Part shown: piece after piece, positions 45,093 through 54,495 of the stretch | Position numbering within the stretch: the stretch's first letter is position 1 | Layout of the letters: the number at the start of each line of letters is the position of its first letter | DNA from: an uncultured Gaiellales bacterium | Lineage (GTDB): Bacteria > Actinomycetota > Thermoleophilia > Gaiellales > Gaiellaceae | Direction: 5' to 3' | Assembly: GCA_964436315.1 (NCBI GenBank) | Contig: CAYTCZ010000001.1 | Span: 8,741-72,740 of the forward strand | DNA length: 64,000 bases | Notes under the pieces: model-generated | Told to the model about the DNA's origin: nothing | Database searches by the model: none | What the model saw: only the letters and a program-made list of their open reading frames with translations | Position numbers and translations under genes: made by a program

Positions 45093-47927
45093 ATGGAGTT
45101 CATGATGGTTGAGAAGGAAGGTCTGACGATTCCCGAGAAGCGCGTGGGGGAGCTTCGCGAATGCGTCGCGGAGTTCCTCGAGGCGTATGATGTCCGAAAG
45201 CACGTGGAAGAGACCCGCGCCAGTCAAGAACAAGGGCGGGCGAACTTCGACAAAGTGCTGCAACACGGAAAGATGGACGAGGAGGGGCAACGGCTGGTGT
45301 TCAGTGGGCTGATGCCGCACGGCAATACTCCGTTTGTTCGGGAGGAGGGACGCTGGATATCGATCGCGCCCTCGGTGACGCGTGAGATTCGGGTCTGGTT
45401 CGAAGGCGCGAAATGGGTGCAGCCCCATCAGTGGCCAGACGTCGGCATTGCGATCGTGGACTTTCTGCAGACCGCGCTCGACGGCGACTTGGAGGCAGCA
45501 TGCCAGAGATTCTCGGAGATCCCCGTCTGGGGGTTCCAGGGCGGCATCGTGTCGCCGATTCTCAACGCGCTCGATCCTGGGCGATTCTCGATCGTGAACA
45601 AGAAGCCGGTCGACGCGCTCAATCACTTCGCGGGCGCGGGAGCGCATACGGGGATTCACGAGTACCCGCGCGTGAATCGGCAGGTCTTCGCATTCTGCGG
45701 CATCGTCGCCGAAATGGCGGCGGGGCACTCTGCTGTCGAGGGACTCACCCCGTGGGAGATCGGGGACACGTTTTGCCACTGGGTCGTGTCGGTGAAGAAG
45801 CAGACGCAGACGAAGAAGAAGCTGCGGTTCTTCAAGATCGCCCCGGGGCGCGAGGCCAATCTGTGGGAGGAGTGCCGTACCGGCGGTTGCATTGCCGTCG
45901 CATGGGACGATCTCGGGGATGTCGGCGGGCTCTCGAGAGACGAATTCAACGCTCGAATGGACCTCGTTCGGCAGTCCGATCCCTCGATCACCAAGCAGGC
46001 GATGTGGCAGGTTTGGACGATGTCGCGGCTGAAGAAGGGCGAGCACGTACTCGCGAACCGCGGCACCACAGCTGTGCTAGGATTTGGAGAAGTGGTCGGC
46101 GACTACTACTACGATGACGATGCCGAGACCCATAAGCACCGTGTTCCGATTCGTTGGTTCGACACGCAGCCTCGAAGGGTCAACCAGGGAGGCTGGCGAA
46201 AGACTGTCATCCGTCTGAGCGAGGAGGATTGGGAACAGCTCCTCGCCGCTCCGAAACTGCCTCCGAAGCCAGATCCGAAACCCTCACCTCCAGATCCTGA
46301 GAGAGTGACGGACGCGGCGCCATCTATCGCGACGAACCTCATTCTCTACGGTCCTCCGGGGACCGGAAAGACCTACGCGACTGCTCGACGTGCGGTGGAA
46401 CTGTGCCTCGATCCGGAAACGACCCTCGAACGGGCGGTGGTGGTCGAAGAGCTACGCCAACTGAGTGCCGACGGGTTCGTCGAGTTCGTCACCTTTCATC
46501 AGTCGTATGGCTACGAGGAGTTCGTGGAAGGTATCCGGCCGGTGATGGACGGGCAGAGCGGCGAACTCACCTACAAAGTCGAAGATGGACTTTTCAAGCG
46601 AGTCGCGCTGCGGGCTGCGGCGGAAGGTGTGGTCGACGAGACATCGGAGCTACCGTTCGACTCGCTCTGGTCGCAGCTACTCGACGAGATCGAGGCCGCC
46701 GCCAGTGGGTCCGAAGAGGCTCACGCTACGGCGGCGAACGGAAACACGTACGCGCTCTCGCTCACCTCGCAGGGAAACATTCGAGGTCATCGGGTAGATA
46801 CTGAAGATGACGGCAAGCCTGTGGTCACCGAGGCGTATATGACGGCGCTGAAAGTGTATGCGGAGGCTCTATGGCGACGTCGGGACGACCTCGGGACGGA
46901 GCCGGGCGATTATTCGTACGGATTGATGACGCGCATCATCGCAGAGGAGATGGGTACGCAAGGTGGTCACCACGGCGCCCTACACTGGCTTGTGCATCTG
47001 CGTCTGCGTGATCTCGCCGCTCTCCACCAGAATCTTCCCCGCGAGTTTGGCCCCTCCGAACGTCGGAAGGTGTTGAACGAGATTCTACGGACCGGAAAGA
47101 CGTCCTCCCTCAGCTATGATGGAGCCAAGCAGTACGTGCTGGTGATCGACGAGATCAATCGCGGGAACATGAGCAAGATTCTGGGTGAGCTGATCACCCT
47201 GCTGGAGCCATCGAAACGACTGACGCAATGCGACCAGTTGGTCGTCCAGCTTCCGTACTCCAAGTCGAAATTCGCAGTACCGCCGAATCTGCATGTGGTC
47301 GGCACGATGAACACCGCGGATCGGTCCATTGCGCTCATGGACGTGGCGTTGAGGCGCAGGTTCGAGTTCGAGGAGATGATGCCCGACGTGGCCGTGCTGG
47401 TGGACGCGCTGCAACGCGACGTCGCGGAGAGTGTGCATGGCGGAAAGGAGGACTACGTCAACCTGGTTGCGGCACTTTTTGAGTGCATCAACGCCCGCAT
47501 TCGCTTTCTGTACGACGAGGACCATCAACTCGGGCACTCGATGTTAATGACAGCCACATCGTACCTGGAACTTCGAAAGGCAGTGGTGACCACGGTCATT
47601 CCCATGCTGCAGGAGTATTTCTATGGCTCGTGGGATCGGGTTTGTTCGGCCCTCGGATGTCCATACGTCGACGGCGCGCCTGCGAGGAAGGAGTTAGTTC
47701 ACGAGGGTGCGTATCGTGCCCCGTTCATCGAAGCGGTCCCCGTATCTGAACGCGACCTTCTAGGTTTCGACCACGTTTCGTATGAGGACCAGATGGAGTA
47801 TCGACTCAGCTCTGGTCTTGGCGGGGCACAAAGCGCCGAAACCCCGCGACGGGTTCGTCAGATGTGCATCGATGCCCTCTCCGGAGAGCACGCGAAACGG
47901 TTCGAAGCCCGGGCGTACACGCGGTGA
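45093..47927 (+). CDS. mcrB: McrB-family AAA+ GTPase with extended N-terminal (PUA/EVE-like reader) region (944 aa)
   Basis: LILYGPPGTGKTY, VLVIDEINRGNMSKILGELITLLE, VVGTMNTADRSIALMDVALRRRFEFEEM. N-terminal FFKIAPGREANLWEECRTGGCIAVAWDDLGD ... HRVPIRWFD resembles reader domains fused to McrB homologues. Confidence 0.85.
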   Translation: MEFMMVEKEGLTIPEKRVGELRECVAEFLEAYDVRKHVEETRASQEQGRANFDKVLQHGKMDEEGQRLVFSGLMPHGNTPFVREEGRWISIAPSVTREIRVWFEGAKWVQPHQWPDVGIAIVDFLQTALDGDLEAACQRFSEIPVWGFQGGIVSPILNALDPGRFSIVNKKPVDALNHFAGAGAHTGIHEYPRVNRQVFAFCGIVAEMAAGHSAVEGLTPWEIGDTFCHWVVSVKKQTQTKKKLRFFKIAPGREANLWEECRTGGCIAVAWDDLGDVGGLSRDEFNARMDLVRQSDPSITKQAMWQVWTMSRLKKGEHVLANRGTTAVLGFGEVVGDYYYDDDAETHKHRVPIRWFDTQPRRVNQGGWRKTVIRLSEEDWEQLLAAPKLPPKPDPKPSPPDPERVTDAAPSIATNLILYGPPGTGKTYATARRAVELCLDPETTLERAVVVEELRQLSADGFVEFVTFHQSYGYEEFVEGIRPVMDGQSGELTYKVEDGLFKRVALRAAAEGVVDETSELPFDSLWSQLLDEIEAAASGSEEAHATAANGNTYALSLTSQGNIRGHRVDTEDDGKPVVTEAYMTALKVYAEALWRRRDDLGTEPGDYSYGLMTRIIAEEMGTQGGHHGALHWLVHLRLRDLAALHQNLPREFGPSERRKVLNEILRTGKTSSLSYDGAKQYVLVIDEINRGNMSKILGELITLLEPSKRLTQCDQLVVQLPYSKSKFAVPPNLHVVGTMNTADRSIALMDVALRRRFEFEEMMPDVAVLVDALQRDVAESVHGGKEDYVNLVAALFECINARIRFLYDEDHQLGHSMLMTATSYLELRKAVVTTVIPMLQEYFYGSWDRVCSALGCPYVDGAPARKELVHEGAYRAPFIEAVPVSERDLLGFDHVSYEDQMEYRLSSGLGGAQSAETPRRVRQMCIDALSGEHAKRFEARAYTR

Positions 47928-49318
47928 AGCGGATCTGGGTCACCGAGCACGAACGTGTGTACAAAGGCGCACAGGGTACAAAATCGGAGAGGATCGGTGG
48001 GCGAGTTGTCTTGTCGCGCCGACACTTCGAGCGCCTGCAGCGATTCGACGAGCGGGCTGCGGATACCGAAGGACGTCAAATTTTCGAATGGCGCTCGCGC
48101 TACGCAAGGGCAACCCAATGGGTCGGCGTGCTGCAGGTCGGAGAGTTGTCCATCGAGGTTCTGCCGAAGATCGAACGTGGCATTTCCGACGGGGCGTACG
48201 GTCGCGAGGCATTTGCGCGGAAGAATCTCCTCTACATGCTCTCGCTCACGGGAGAACTTCCGCTCCGAGACCGCGACATCGCCAGCCAGGCGGCCTACGA
48301 GGCGCCAATTCTCGAGACTTTGATCCGCATTTTCGCGGAGCGACTACTGAAAGAGCTGCTCCGTGGGTTGGACAGCGAGTACGTCGACCGAGAGCGCAAC
48401 ATCGGAACGGTTCGGGGGAAGCTGCTCTTCTCCGAGGACATTCGTCACAACGTAGGGCGTCGCGACCGGCTGTTCTGTAAGTTCGACGAGTTTCTCGCCG
48501 ACACCGTCATGAACCGCGCCTTTCGAGCATGCTGCCGGCGGCTCCTGTTGACTTCGAGCGGGACGAGCACCCGCGAGAAGCTCTCCCGTTGCATTGCTGT
48601 TCTCGACGACGTGGCCGACGTGGAGATTTCACCCGAAGCGCTAGAGCGTGTCGTCCTTCATCGCCAGAACGAGCGATTCCAAGAGCTGTTCAACTTCTGC
48701 AAGCTCATCCTCTCGAACCAATCTCCTGCTGGAACCAGCGGTTCCACGTCCGCGTTCTCGCTATTTTTCGACATGAACGTGCTCTTCGAATCCTACGTGG
48801 CCGCGATGCTGTCACGGTACGTCGCGCCGATTCGTTCGAGCCCTACGCGGGTGTATCCCCAAAGCCGAGGCAACCTGCGGCACCTCGTCTTCTCTCCGAG
48901 AGGCGAGGTCACGGACGGCTACGACCCCGAACGCGACGGCCACAAGAGCTATCCGCTGAAAGCGGACATTCTCGTTCACGATGAAACGGGATGGACGGTG
49001 CTCGACACGAAGTGGAAGAGGCTGTCCACGAAGAAGGCGCGTCAGGGCGTCGGACCGGCCGACCTCCTGCAACTGTATGCGTATGCAACTCGCTACGAAG
49101 CCTCCTCGAACATCCTTCTGTATCCCGCGGTCCCCGATGCGACACCACAGGACTTCCATCTCCCGCTTGGGCCGAATGGCTTGCAGAGCATCCAGGTTCG
49201 ATTCATCGACATGAACCGGGATCTCCTGGTCGAACGGAAGCTGATCGCGAAGGAACTCGCGGCGTTGTTGGCGTCTGGGTCGGGCGATGAGCACTCGTCG
49301 CTCCCCATGTCTCCATGA
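47924..49318 (+). CDS. mcrC: McrC-family PD-(D/E)XK nuclease subunit (~464 aa)
   Basis: GTG 47924 overlaps the mcrB stop (GTGA). ADILVHDETGWTVLDTKWKRL catalytic region and LLQLYAYATRY motif. Confidence 0.8.
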   Translation: MKRIWVTEHERVYKGAQGTKSERIGGRVVLSRRHFERLQRFDERAADTEGRQIFEWRSRYARATQWVGVLQVGELSIEVLPKIERGISDGAYGREAFARKNLLYMLSLTGELPLRDRDIASQAAYEAPILETLIRIFAERLLKELLRGLDSEYVDRERNIGTVRGKLLFSEDIRHNVGRRDRLFCKFDEFLADTVMNRAFRACCRRLLLTSSGTSTREKLSRCIAVLDDVADVEISPEALERVVLHRQNERFQELFNFCKLILSNQSPAGTSGSTSAFSLFFDMNVLFESYVAAMLSRYVAPIRSSPTRVYPQSRGNLRHLVFSPRGEVTDGYDPERDGHKSYPLKADILVHDETGWTVLDTKWKRLSTKKARQGVGPADLLQLYAYATRYEASSNILLYPAVPDATPQDFHLPLGPNGLQSIQVRFIDMNRDLLVERKLIAKELAALLASGSGDEHSSLPMSP

Positions 49319-49411
49319 AGGTCGTGATGCCGCGGTGACGAGAACGACCATCGCCGTCAGACGTCGCGCTGCTCGCAAGTTGGGACGACGTGTCGTGCCT
49401 GCCAAAAATCG

Positions 49412-52363
49412 TCAGGAGGGTGGAGAAATCCCGTTACGGGCGCAGAGGCGATCGAGCTCCAGCATCACCAGGCCGTCGGAGCGGTCATAAGCGAGGTACT
49501 CATCGCCGCGGTTGAGGGCCGCGGCGACGGTGGTGACAAACCGGTGGCAGCGGGGAACGTTGAGGTCGAGGGACTCGGCCAGGGCTGCGACGTTGCTGCG
49601 GTTGCCGTTGTCGGCGAGGACGGTGAGAAGCACTGCGACCTTGTCCGAGTCGAGGCGGCTCTGCGTGAGGGATGGTCCCAGTCGTTCGAGCAACGCGGCG
49701 AGCCACGCGGGCGGCTCGGCGGGCGTGGATGGTGGGGGCGGCTGGATCAGTTCGGGCGCGGTGGTCTCATGTTGGGATTGCACTGGCGGCGACGGTGGCT
49801 CGGGCATGGATGCGTTGGGTCGAGGATGTTCTCTGGGGGCATCCATCAAGCGCAGCAAGGCAGAGCCAACCTGGACGGCCTCGGTGGGTGCGTCCCACTC
49901 GTCGGCTGTTGCCGGCGCTGGGGGAGCAGTGGGCGACGGCACAGGTTGCGCGGCTTTCGGATTCGTCGAGTTGTTGGGCGGAAGGTGAAATGCCCGGGCG
50001 GGGTCCTGCTCGATGTTCGGCTCGGGGACGGGAGTCTGGAACTCGCGGAGGGGGCGCTGCGGGGCGCGCGGAGGCTCGGGGCTGGAGTGTGCCGAGGGAG
50101 CCGGTTCGGGGACGACTTCCGCGGGCCGGACATCACCTCGCAGCAGACCGTCGAGCTGAAGGCGGAGGGTCTGACGTTCGATGATCGCGGTGAGCATGTC
50201 TCGTTCGGTTGCCTTCGGAGACATCGCCTTTGCGAGACTATCCCGAGCATAGGCGTCGAAATGACGACGTTTGCGTCCCAGGATCTCGAGGATGTCTTCC
50301 TCCAGTGTACGCTCGGCGAGGATTCGGTGGACCATGACCGAACGAATCTGGCCCATGCGGCGGAGCCGAGCGATCGCCTGATCTTCCGTGGTGGGCTTGA
50401 GCTGTGGTTCCATGAGGACGACGACGGACGCGAACTGCATGTTGAGACCGACGCCGCCGGCTTGAATCTGGGAGGCGAGAACGGCGAAGCCGGGCCGATT
50501 TCGGAAGGCGGCGACGAGCTCCTCGCGCGCGGCAGGAGTGAGTTTTCCCGTCAACGGCCCCATCACGACGCCCGGCCAGCGTGCCATCAAGGCATCGAGG
50601 ACCGAGTGGTAGTAGGAGAACACCACGATCTTCCGGCCCTCGTCGCGGTAGGTCTCGAAGAGCTCCGCCAGCCGTTCGAGCTTGGCCGATATGTGCACAC
50701 CGTCACCCACGATGGAGGCCTGTCGCATCCGATGCCAGTGTTTATCGCGGACCGCCTCGACATAGGCTGTGACGTCGGACGAGTTGAGCTGGACCCAGTC
50801 CTCGTGCTCGATCGTCTCAGGCAGCTCGGTGAGGACATCGCGTTGGTTTCGTCGGAGGTAGACTTCGGCGACGCGTCGCCGAAAGCGATCGGCGTCGACG
50901 ACCGAGTCGCTGCCGATTCGAACGGAACGAGCGACGTCGGGGGAGACCATCGCGATGAGATTCGCGAACTCGGAGGGCTTGTTCTCCATCGGGGTGCCGG
51001 TGAGAAGACAGGCAAACTCGGCCTGCTCAACGACCTGTCGGGTCGCCTTGCTCCGCTGGGCGTCTGGATTCTTTACGTAGTGCGCCTCGTCGAACACGGC
51101 CATGTCGATCTTTCGGCCCGTTTGCTGGAGGACCGGCAAGATCATACGGAGCGTGGCGTACGACGTGATCCCAACGCCCCCGTCCCGCGCCCACCGCTGA
51201 ATGGCAGCATCGCGTGAGTTCCCGTAGAGGAGCGTCGGCTGCAGGTTGGTTCGGTTGATGGTCTCGTTCTTCCAGTTGAAGATCAGTCCGGCAGGCGACA
51301 CGACCAGGAAGTGGGTCTTGCCGCGCGACGCGAGATGGCTGAAAGCGCCGAGGGTTTCGATGGTCTTCCCGAGGCCCATCTCGTCGCCCAGGATCGTGCG
51401 CTTACGAGCGAGCATGAAGCTCGCTCCGAACGCCTGGTACTTTCGCAGGGTGACGTCGAGACCACTGGTGTCGAGCGGGAACGCTTCGACACCGGCCGCG
51501 ATGTCATCGGCCAGATTGCCGCGCGCCGAATGGCGGCGGGCGTTTCCGCGGAAGTGCGGCTCGATGACCGCGCAGGCATCCGCGTAGTTGTCTGCGAAAG
51601 CGCGCCGAATCTCCTGATCCGACAGTCGTGGGGCGGCAATGGCGTTGGTGGGGATGCTCTCGAGACGACGCTCGAGAATTCCGGTGAGTTCGTCGGCTTC
51701 GGCCTCGCTGCGCCGAAATTCGTCGGTCGCGAGCACCGAGTCGCGGAACGACGTCGACAGGGCGCTGCTTCTGTCCCTGAGATCCGACCGAACCTCTCGC
51801 AGCTGACGCAGCACTGGCTCAGCGGTGTGCCGGAGCACCGCGCGCGCCTCTGTCGCACGCGCGAGTTCGAGCGCTCCGGGCGTCTCGAGCATCGGATCCG
51901 GCAGGGGAACCGGCCGTCTCGCCACCGAAGCGATTGCCTGGTCCACGGCGGTCCTGAGCCGCGCGGCAGAAGTAGCCCCCACCCCATCGAACGACTCGGC
52001 GTATGGGAGCACCTGCTGGAGCTGGCGCACGTTGGATATCCCCCGGGCCTCGAAAGCCGACCACCGCACGTTCTTTGCGCCATGAGCGCGGAGATCCTCG
52101 AGCGACATCGCTTCGAGCTGCGCCGTCTTGGTTTTCACTTCCCACTCGCGGGCAGCCGCCTCCAGCGCCTGATCCGCCCTTCGCAACGCCTGTTCGAGCT
52201 CGGCGACCTGGCGTTCGAGAGAGCCGAGTGCATTCAAGAGCTGTTGGTGACTTCGATACCCGGGAGAAAGGCGATATCTCCCGTAGAGAACCGCGGCTGC
52301 TGTGCTTCCACCGAAGAACAGCACGATGACCAGTACGATGAGAATCGCGACGACGGTGCTCAC
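49412..52363 (-). CDS. SNF2-family ATPase with N-terminal transmembrane anchor, coiled coil and HhH-like motif, Pro-rich linker and C-terminal wHTH-like domain (983 aa)
   Basis: N-terminus STVVAILIVLVIVLFFGGSTAAAVLYG. ESFDGVGATSAARL (HhH-like). LGDEMGLGKTIETLG, VFDEAHYVKN, LTGTPMENKPSEF, RLRRMGQIRSVMVHRIL. GTG 52363 overlaps the brxHI stop (GTGA). Confidence 0.8.
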   Translation of the reverse strand: MSTVVAILIVLVIVLFFGGSTAAAVLYGRYRLSPGYRSHQQLLNALGSLERQVAELEQALRRADQALEAAAREWEVKTKTAQLEAMSLEDLRAHGAKNVRWSAFEARGISNVRQLQQVLPYAESFDGVGATSAARLRTAVDQAIASVARRPVPLPDPMLETPGALELARATEARAVLRHTAEPVLRQLREVRSDLRDRSSALSTSFRDSVLATDEFRRSEAEADELTGILERRLESIPTNAIAAPRLSDQEIRRAFADNYADACAVIEPHFRGNARRHSARGNLADDIAAGVEAFPLDTSGLDVTLRKYQAFGASFMLARKRTILGDEMGLGKTIETLGAFSHLASRGKTHFLVVSPAGLIFNWKNETINRTNLQPTLLYGNSRDAAIQRWARDGGVGITSYATLRMILPVLQQTGRKIDMAVFDEAHYVKNPDAQRSKATRQVVEQAEFACLLTGTPMENKPSEFANLIAMVSPDVARSVRIGSDSVVDADRFRRRVAEVYLRRNQRDVLTELPETIEHEDWVQLNSSDVTAYVEAVRDKHWHRMRQASIVGDGVHISAKLERLAELFETYRDEGRKIVVFSYYHSVLDALMARWPGVVMGPLTGKLTPAAREELVAAFRNRPGFAVLASQIQAGGVGLNMQFASVVVLMEPQLKPTTEDQAIARLRRMGQIRSVMVHRILAERTLEEDILEILGRKRRHFDAYARDSLAKAMSPKATERDMLTAIIERQTLRLQLDGLLRGDVRPAEVVPEPAPSAHSSPEPPRAPQRPLREFQTPVPEPNIEQDPARAFHLPPNNSTNPKAAQPVPSPTAPPAPATADEWDAPTEAVQVGSALLRLMDAPREHPRPNASMPEPPSPPVQSQHETTAPELIQPPPPSTPAEPPAWLAALLERLGPSLTQSRLDSDKVAVLLTVLADNGNRSNVAALAESLDLNVPRCHRFVTTVAAALNRGDEYLAYDRSDGLVMLELDRLCARNGISPPS

Positions 52364-54495
52364 TCGATCCCCGTCGCAGCGCTCAAGTCGAGGAAGTGGA
52401 AGGGACCGATGGTGGCGAGCTCTTCGCGACCGTTGCCGAAGAAGCGAGCTTCGGCGGCGCGCTGGAGCAGGTCAGGGGGGAGGAGCGAGTTGAACTTGAG
52501 CTGCTCGAGCAGGGGGTGGTCGGGGTCGATCATGGGGCCGATGCGCCGGATGGCGTCGAGGTCGAGGGCGGTCTCCATCTGGCCGAGCATCTTGTCGGTC
52601 TTCACGGTCACGGCGAGACCGTCGGACGAGGTCTTCTCGCCGGTGAGCTGGTCGAGCATGGCGGCGAGGTAGCGGTTGGCGTAGTCACCGGCGAAGGTCC
52701 AGAGGCGCATCTTGCCGTCCTCGCGGAGGACGATGGTGCCGTGCGGCTCGACGAAGCCGTGCTCCATGCGGATCCCGGTGAGCTCGTCGCCGGCGCGTTT
52801 GGACCAGTGGGGGGCGCCGAGCTCGCTTCCGAGGAAGACCTGGCGGTGGGCTTCGGCGAGAGCGCGGGACATCGGGTGACCGGTGCCGACCCAGCGGGAT
52901 TTGCCCGTCATCTTCAAGGGCTCGACGTAGGCGCGGCGGCGCTTCCAGTCGATGTCTTTGACGAACCACGTGCGGCCGGCGAGCAGGATGACGAGTGGGC
53001 TGTCGTCCTTGTCCTTTTTGTCGAAGAAGGTGCTCTGGTGGACGTCGCCGATCTCGCGGGTGGTATGGAAGACCTTGAAGATCGGGGGGGTCGTGAAGAC
53101 GGTGACGAGCTCCATGAAGTGGCGATAGCCGAAGTCGGCTTCGCCCTCGGTGCCCATCCCCATCCGGACGCCGTCGGTGAAGAGGAAGTCGTGCTCCATC
53201 AGGGAGCGGAAGACCTCGGTGACAACGTCTTCGGATTCGCCGGCGAGCAGGGCGAAGCGGAGCGCTGCGTCGCGGAAGCTCGGGACGACCTCGCCGGGGC
53301 ATTCCAGCGAGCGGGCGAGCATCTGCTGGGCGAGGATGTGGTAGGGGTGCGCGGGGGGGATGGCGGGTTCGACGTAGCCGCGCTTCCACAGTTCGAGTAT
53401 CGCGGCGCCGCGGGCGAGTCCCTGGCGCTCGGTGGCGAGCATCAGCATGTTGGGAGTCGTGCCGGGGCGGCGGCCGGTGCGTCCCATTCGCTGCAGGAAC
53501 GAGGCGACGGAGAACGGGGCGTCGATCTGAATGACGCGGTCGAGGTCACCGATGTCGATGCCGAGCTCGAGGGCGGAGGTCGAGACGATGACGCCAGGCT
53601 GGCCCTCGGAGAAGGTCCGCTCGGTTTGCCGGCGCTCGGCCGCGCTGAGCGAGCCGTGGATCAGGTGGGTGCGGACGCCGCGGTCCCGGAGGAGACGCGT
53701 CAGCTTCTCGCTGAGGATTCGGCTGTCGCAGAACACCAGACGACGCTCGCCGCGATGAAGCTGCGAGATGACGTGGGCCGCGTTCGAGAGGTTGGCGACC
53801 CAGTCGAGGGTGACGTCGGGTTCGGTCGCGGTCGGCCGTGGAGGATCGACGGTCGTGCGGGCGTGCTGCGAGCCTCGGGAGAGCCAGTCGACGATCTCGT
53901 CTTTGTTGCCGACGGTGGCGGAGAGCCCGATCCGTTGTATGTCGCGGCCCGACCACTGCGCGAGTCGGTTGAGGACACCGAGCAGGTGCCAGCCTCGGTC
54001 GTCGTCGGCGAAGGCGTGGACCTCGTCGATGACGACGGCGCGCAGGTTCCGGAACATCTTCTGTGCGCTGGTGGTGCGCGAGATGAGCATCCCTTCGAGC
54101 GACTCGGGGGTGGTCAGCAGGACGGTCGGCGGCTGGTCGCGCATGCGCTTCTTGTCGGTCTGGGCGATGTCGCCGTGCCAGACACCGACTTCGTGTCCGA
54201 TGAGGCGGAAGAGGTTCTCGAGGCGTTCGTACTGGTTGTTGAGGAGCGCCTTGAGCGGGCTGACGTAGATGATGGCGAGCGGCTCCCAAACCTCTTCGAT
54301 GACCCGGGTCATCAAAGGGAAGAACGCGGCCTCGGTCTTACCGCCGGCGGTCGGCGCGAGGACGACGGCGTTGTCGCCCTCGAGGATGGGACCGATGGTC
54401 ATCTCCTGGACCGGCCGCAGCCCCGCGGACCATCCGAGGTTGTTGACGATGAGCCGCCGGACGTCGGGGTGGAGTCGTTCGAACTCAGAGCTCAT
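52360..54495 (-). CDS. brxHI: BREX Lhr-like DEAD/DEAH helicase BrxHI (711 aa)
   Basis: VLAPTAGGKTEAAF, VVIDEVHAF, VSTSALELGIDIGDLD, QRMGRTGRR. The start overlaps the brxD stop by 11 nt. Confidence 0.8.
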   Translation of the reverse strand: MSSEFERLHPDVRRLIVNNLGWSAGLRPVQEMTIGPILEGDNAVVLAPTAGGKTEAAFFPLMTRVIEEVWEPLAIIYVSPLKALLNNQYERLENLFRLIGHEVGVWHGDIAQTDKKRMRDQPPTVLLTTPESLEGMLISRTTSAQKMFRNLRAVVIDEVHAFADDDRGWHLLGVLNRLAQWSGRDIQRIGLSATVGNKDEIVDWLSRGSQHARTTVDPPRPTATEPDVTLDWVANLSNAAHVISQLHRGERRLVFCDSRILSEKLTRLLRDRGVRTHLIHGSLSAAERRQTERTFSEGQPGVIVSTSALELGIDIGDLDRVIQIDAPFSVASFLQRMGRTGRRPGTTPNMLMLATERQGLARGAAILELWKRGYVEPAIPPAHPYHILAQQMLARSLECPGEVVPSFRDAALRFALLAGESEDVVTEVFRSLMEHDFLFTDGVRMGMGTEGEADFGYRHFMELVTVFTTPPIFKVFHTTREIGDVHQSTFFDKKDKDDSPLVILLAGRTWFVKDIDWKRRRAYVEPLKMTGKSRWVGTGHPMSRALAEAHRQVFLGSELGAPHWSKRAGDELTGIRMEHGFVEPHGTIVLREDGKMRLWTFAGDYANRYLAAMLDQLTGEKTSSDGLAVTVKTDKMLGQMETALDLDAIRRIGPMIDPDHPLLEQLKFNSLLPPDLLQRAAEARFFGNGREELATIGPFHFLDLSAATGIE

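Noticed and set aside
49319-49411. Rho-independent terminator between convergent mcrC and the SNF2 gene
   Set aside because: Only a 5-bp stem with a 2-nt loop is present, and no U-tract follows in either orientation.
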